This document shows, piece by piece, positions 4,901 to 6,774 of a stretch of 6,774 nucleotides of DNA (positions are counted from its first letter, which is position 1; the number at the start of each line of letters is the position of its first letter). The notes beneath the pieces were generated by a model. That model was not told the origin of the DNA, made no database searches, and was given only the letters and a program-made list of their open reading frames with translations. Location: the IMG/VR virus record IMGVR_UViG_3300029464_000056, positions 1 through 6,774 of that record; one strand, written 5' to 3'. Both the position numbers and the translations under genes were made by a program. This DNA comes from a virus.

Positions 4901-6454
4901 TTAATTTTTATATGAATCAACAACGGCACGATGCTTAATATTTTCAATAAAGTCCATATTAGCTTTTTGAACTTGATACTGAAAAATAGAACGTGTCTTT
5001 AAAACATTAAAATCATATGTACCCGTAAAAGGGGACATACTGGCGTAATTTTCATACGCAAACAATTTATCATCTTCCAAACTCTGGAAATACTGAATCA
5101 TATTTTGATAATCTTTCCAGGATATGAAATCAAAACGTAATTTAAGACATTCATAGAAACCTAAACCTAGATAGGAGGATAACGAATAGTGATGGTGTGC
5201 AGCATAAAGCAACGATTTTAAAGGGTTGACAGAATCGGAACTGTTATAAATAGGTTTTGCAAAAGTAACAGCATACCAATGAACAGCACGAAACTGATAA
5301 TTATATTTATATAACTGAGCAGTGGAAGGCTCAAGCAACCACATTAAGAACTCTCTTACTTGCCCGTCATCATAGATTTCGCCTTTGGTAGCGAAGAAAC
5401 GGCGGGCAACGTATACCACCGAACGAAAAAGGGCAGAAGTTTCTGCAACATTAAAAGAGGAAGAGCCTGTAAATTTAACGGCAAATTGAGAGTAATACGC
5501 ATCGGACATGGGAACAGGACGTCGCACACCTTTTTTGTTAACAACATAATCTGTTGTAAGTGTTTCAAAATCTCTAGCCTTGAGTAATTCTCTAACCTCT
5601 GATTTGTCCTTTGCGCCCAATAAGACGGAGTGAAAACTCCTTTGTGGAAACTTATCAAGCACTCGAGGGAAGTCAGAATGTTGTGTAAGATACTTACTAA
5701 CATATTCTTGCATGTTGCCGTCTGTAACCTTTGAAGTCGAATCACCGTAGACCCATAAACCAGCCAAATCGAGTTTAACACAAATTTCTCGGGGGTTTTC
5801 TGGAGTTGATTGGGGCAAAGTTCGAACAATCCTAAAATCTGCTCGCGCTTTAGGCGAGTCATGGAATAATAGGAGATGATAATGCGGACGGAATGATTGT
5901 GAGCCGTACTCGCAAATAACGTAGTACCGTATTGTTTCACCATATTCTTTGAAAAACCATTTTCTTAAACGACCTATATATTTTCTAATATCATCATACC
6001 ATAGTATAGGAATAACAGAGTTATTACGTATACCACGTGAACGAGAAGGAAATCTACTATAATACTTATCAATACGAGCATAATAATCACGCAACATAGC
6101 AGCAGTATCAATAGTAGAAAAATCTGTGAGTTGAAATGACTTAGATATTTTATCCTCTACAAAGTAAAAACTTTTAGTTTTCCTGTTATACTTTTTAATA
6201 ACACGATTAGGTATGCGCAGAGCATAACCAAAAGGATACATATAAGAAGTATCGATGTAGGGTAAATGTAAATCATCATACGTATTGGTAATAAACTCGA
6301 CATATTTATGTTTAGATGCTTCTACCTCTAATACCTTGCAAAGATGTTCCTGAGCAGCAACACGGCATTGAATGCAAGAGTGACAACCAACAAGTGTTAA
6401 ACCATGTCGACCGACAACGGACACGGGGTTATTGCAACGAGGAAAAAGAGCCAT
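4901..6454 (-). CDS. VP4: Rolling-circle replication initiation protein VP4 (HUH endonuclease, phiX A-like), 517 aa
   Basis: Four elements support the call. There is an N-terminal Cys cluster, GCHSCIQCR. Motif I is VEFITNTYDD. The HUH motif PHYHLLLF has its HYH encoded at 5884..5876, verified as CAT TAT CAT. The double-tyrosine motif EYVSKYLTQ has YVSKY encoded at 5704..5690, verified as TAT GTT AGT AAG TAT. Confidence 0.92.
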   Translation of the reverse strand: MALFPRCNNPVSVVGRHGLTLVGCHSCIQCRVAAQEHLCKVLEVEASKHKYVEFITNTYDDLHLPYIDTSYMYPFGYALRIPNRVIKKYNRKTKSFYFVEDKISKSFQLTDFSTIDTAAMLRDYYARIDKYYSRFPSRSRGIRNNSVIPILWYDDIRKYIGRLRKWFFKEYGETIRYYVICEYGSQSFRPHYHLLLFHDSPKARADFRIVRTLPQSTPENPREICVKLDLAGLWVYGDSTSKVTDGNMQEYVSKYLTQHSDFPRVLDKFPQRSFHSVLLGAKDKSEVRELLKARDFETLTTDYVVNKKGVRRPVPMSDAYYSQFAVKFTGSSSFNVAETSALFRSVVYVARRFFATKGEIYDDGQVREFLMWLLEPSTAQLYKYNYQFRAVHWYAVTFAKPIYNSSDSVNPLKSLLYAAHHHYSLSSYLGLGFYECLKLRFDFISWKDYQNMIQYFQSLEDDKLFAYENYASMSPFTGTYDFNVLKTRSIFQYQVQKANMDFIENIKHRAVVDSYKN

Positions 6455-6456
6455 AA

Positions 6457-6672
6457 TTATGTACTAAATAAATTACCATTATAACAACTCAAAATAGTTT
6501 TTTCTGTAACACGACCACCACTTTTTGAAAAATCTAAAGGACAATAAAGTTCAATAGTTTTCAAAGTTTCTGCTAAGAAAGGTTGAGATGCACCACTACA
6601 GTACGCCTGTTTACGCTGAATCTCTCGAATAACTTTAAGAGCAGTCAAATAATCTTTAGCAGTCATAAGCAT
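6457..6672 (-). CDS. Hypothetical protein, 71 aa, immediately upstream of VP4
   Basis: It has an ATG start (6672..6670), and its TAA stop lies 2 nt before the VP4 ATG. It is on the same strand as all the other genes and is not an overlap-frame artefact. The product is MLMTAKDYLTALKVIREIQRKQAYCSGASQPFLAETLKTIELYCPLDFSKSGGRVTEKTILSCYNGNLFST, in which I recognise no motif. Confidence 0.55.
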   Translation of the reverse strand: MLMTAKDYLTALKVIREIQRKQAYCSGASQPFLAETLKTIELYCPLDFSKSGGRVTEKTILSCYNGNLFST

Positions 6673-6685
6673 AAAAATTAAATAA

Positions 6686-6774
6686 GTTTATACCATTGAT
6701 ATTCATGTTCCCAAGAAACGGGAGACGTAATCATAGATGAAATGATAACAACACTAGGCAAAAACAGACAAAGA
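6686..6774. repeat. Terminal direct repeat, copy B (identical to 1..89)
   Basis: The 89/89 identity with 1..89 runs to the last base of the window. Confidence 0.93.

Larger units (their letters stand above)
1..6685 (-). other. Complete circular Microviridae (ssDNA phage) genome unit, 6685 nt
   Basis: An exact 89-nt terminal redundancy closes the circle. The unit contains the microvirus hallmark triad (F-like major capsid protein, H/VP2-like pilot protein, HUH Rep VP4), all on one strand, with gaps of only 2-17 nt between the five consecutive genes from ORF71 to VP2. Confidence 0.88.

Noticed and set aside
857-5587. Seven plus-strand ORFs: 857..1174, 1718..1918, 1937..2203, 2166..2384, 2605..2847, 3921..4208 and 5360..5587.
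   Set aside because: All are antisense to well-supported genes, short, and of low-complexity composition. For example, the Pro/Ala-rich 2166..2384 is simply the reverse complement of the Gly/Ala-rich VP2 segment. I found no promoter or plus-strand gene context.

Overview
The window is one complete, circularly permuted genome of a small ssDNA phage of the family Microviridae. Positions 1..89 are identical to 6686..6774 and both copies sit flush against the window ends, so the unit length is 6685 nt. All convincing genes are on the minus strand, which should therefore be the virion or mRNA-sense strand. Reading along the minus strand, the order is: a Bacteroidota-type promoter (411..379), a small membrane or secreted accessory protein (374..159), a 171-nt gap across the circular junction, a 71-aa unknown protein (6672..6457), the rolling-circle replication initiator VP4 (6454..4901), the major capsid protein VP1 (4895..2844), a 149-aa acidic protein that may be a scaffold (2826..2377), the DNA pilot protein VP2 (2368..911), and a strong intrinsic terminator (904..865). 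The remaining ~450 nt (412..864) have no credible ORF and hold three stem-loops plus an AT-rich block. No gene has a Shine-Dalgarno motif, and the one good promoter fits TTTG-N21-TAnnTTTG, so I infer a Bacteroidota host and an Alpavirinae-like gut microvirus. I see no CRISPR array, tRNA, transposon, integrase or recognisable defence system. The parts that standard microvirus biology does not explain are the promoter-proximal membrane protein, the long structured non-coding region, the 71-aa ORF upstream of Rep, and the motif-free C-terminal half of Rep. The many extra ORFs in the six-frame track are mostly explained by T-ending codon bias or by being antisense to real genes.
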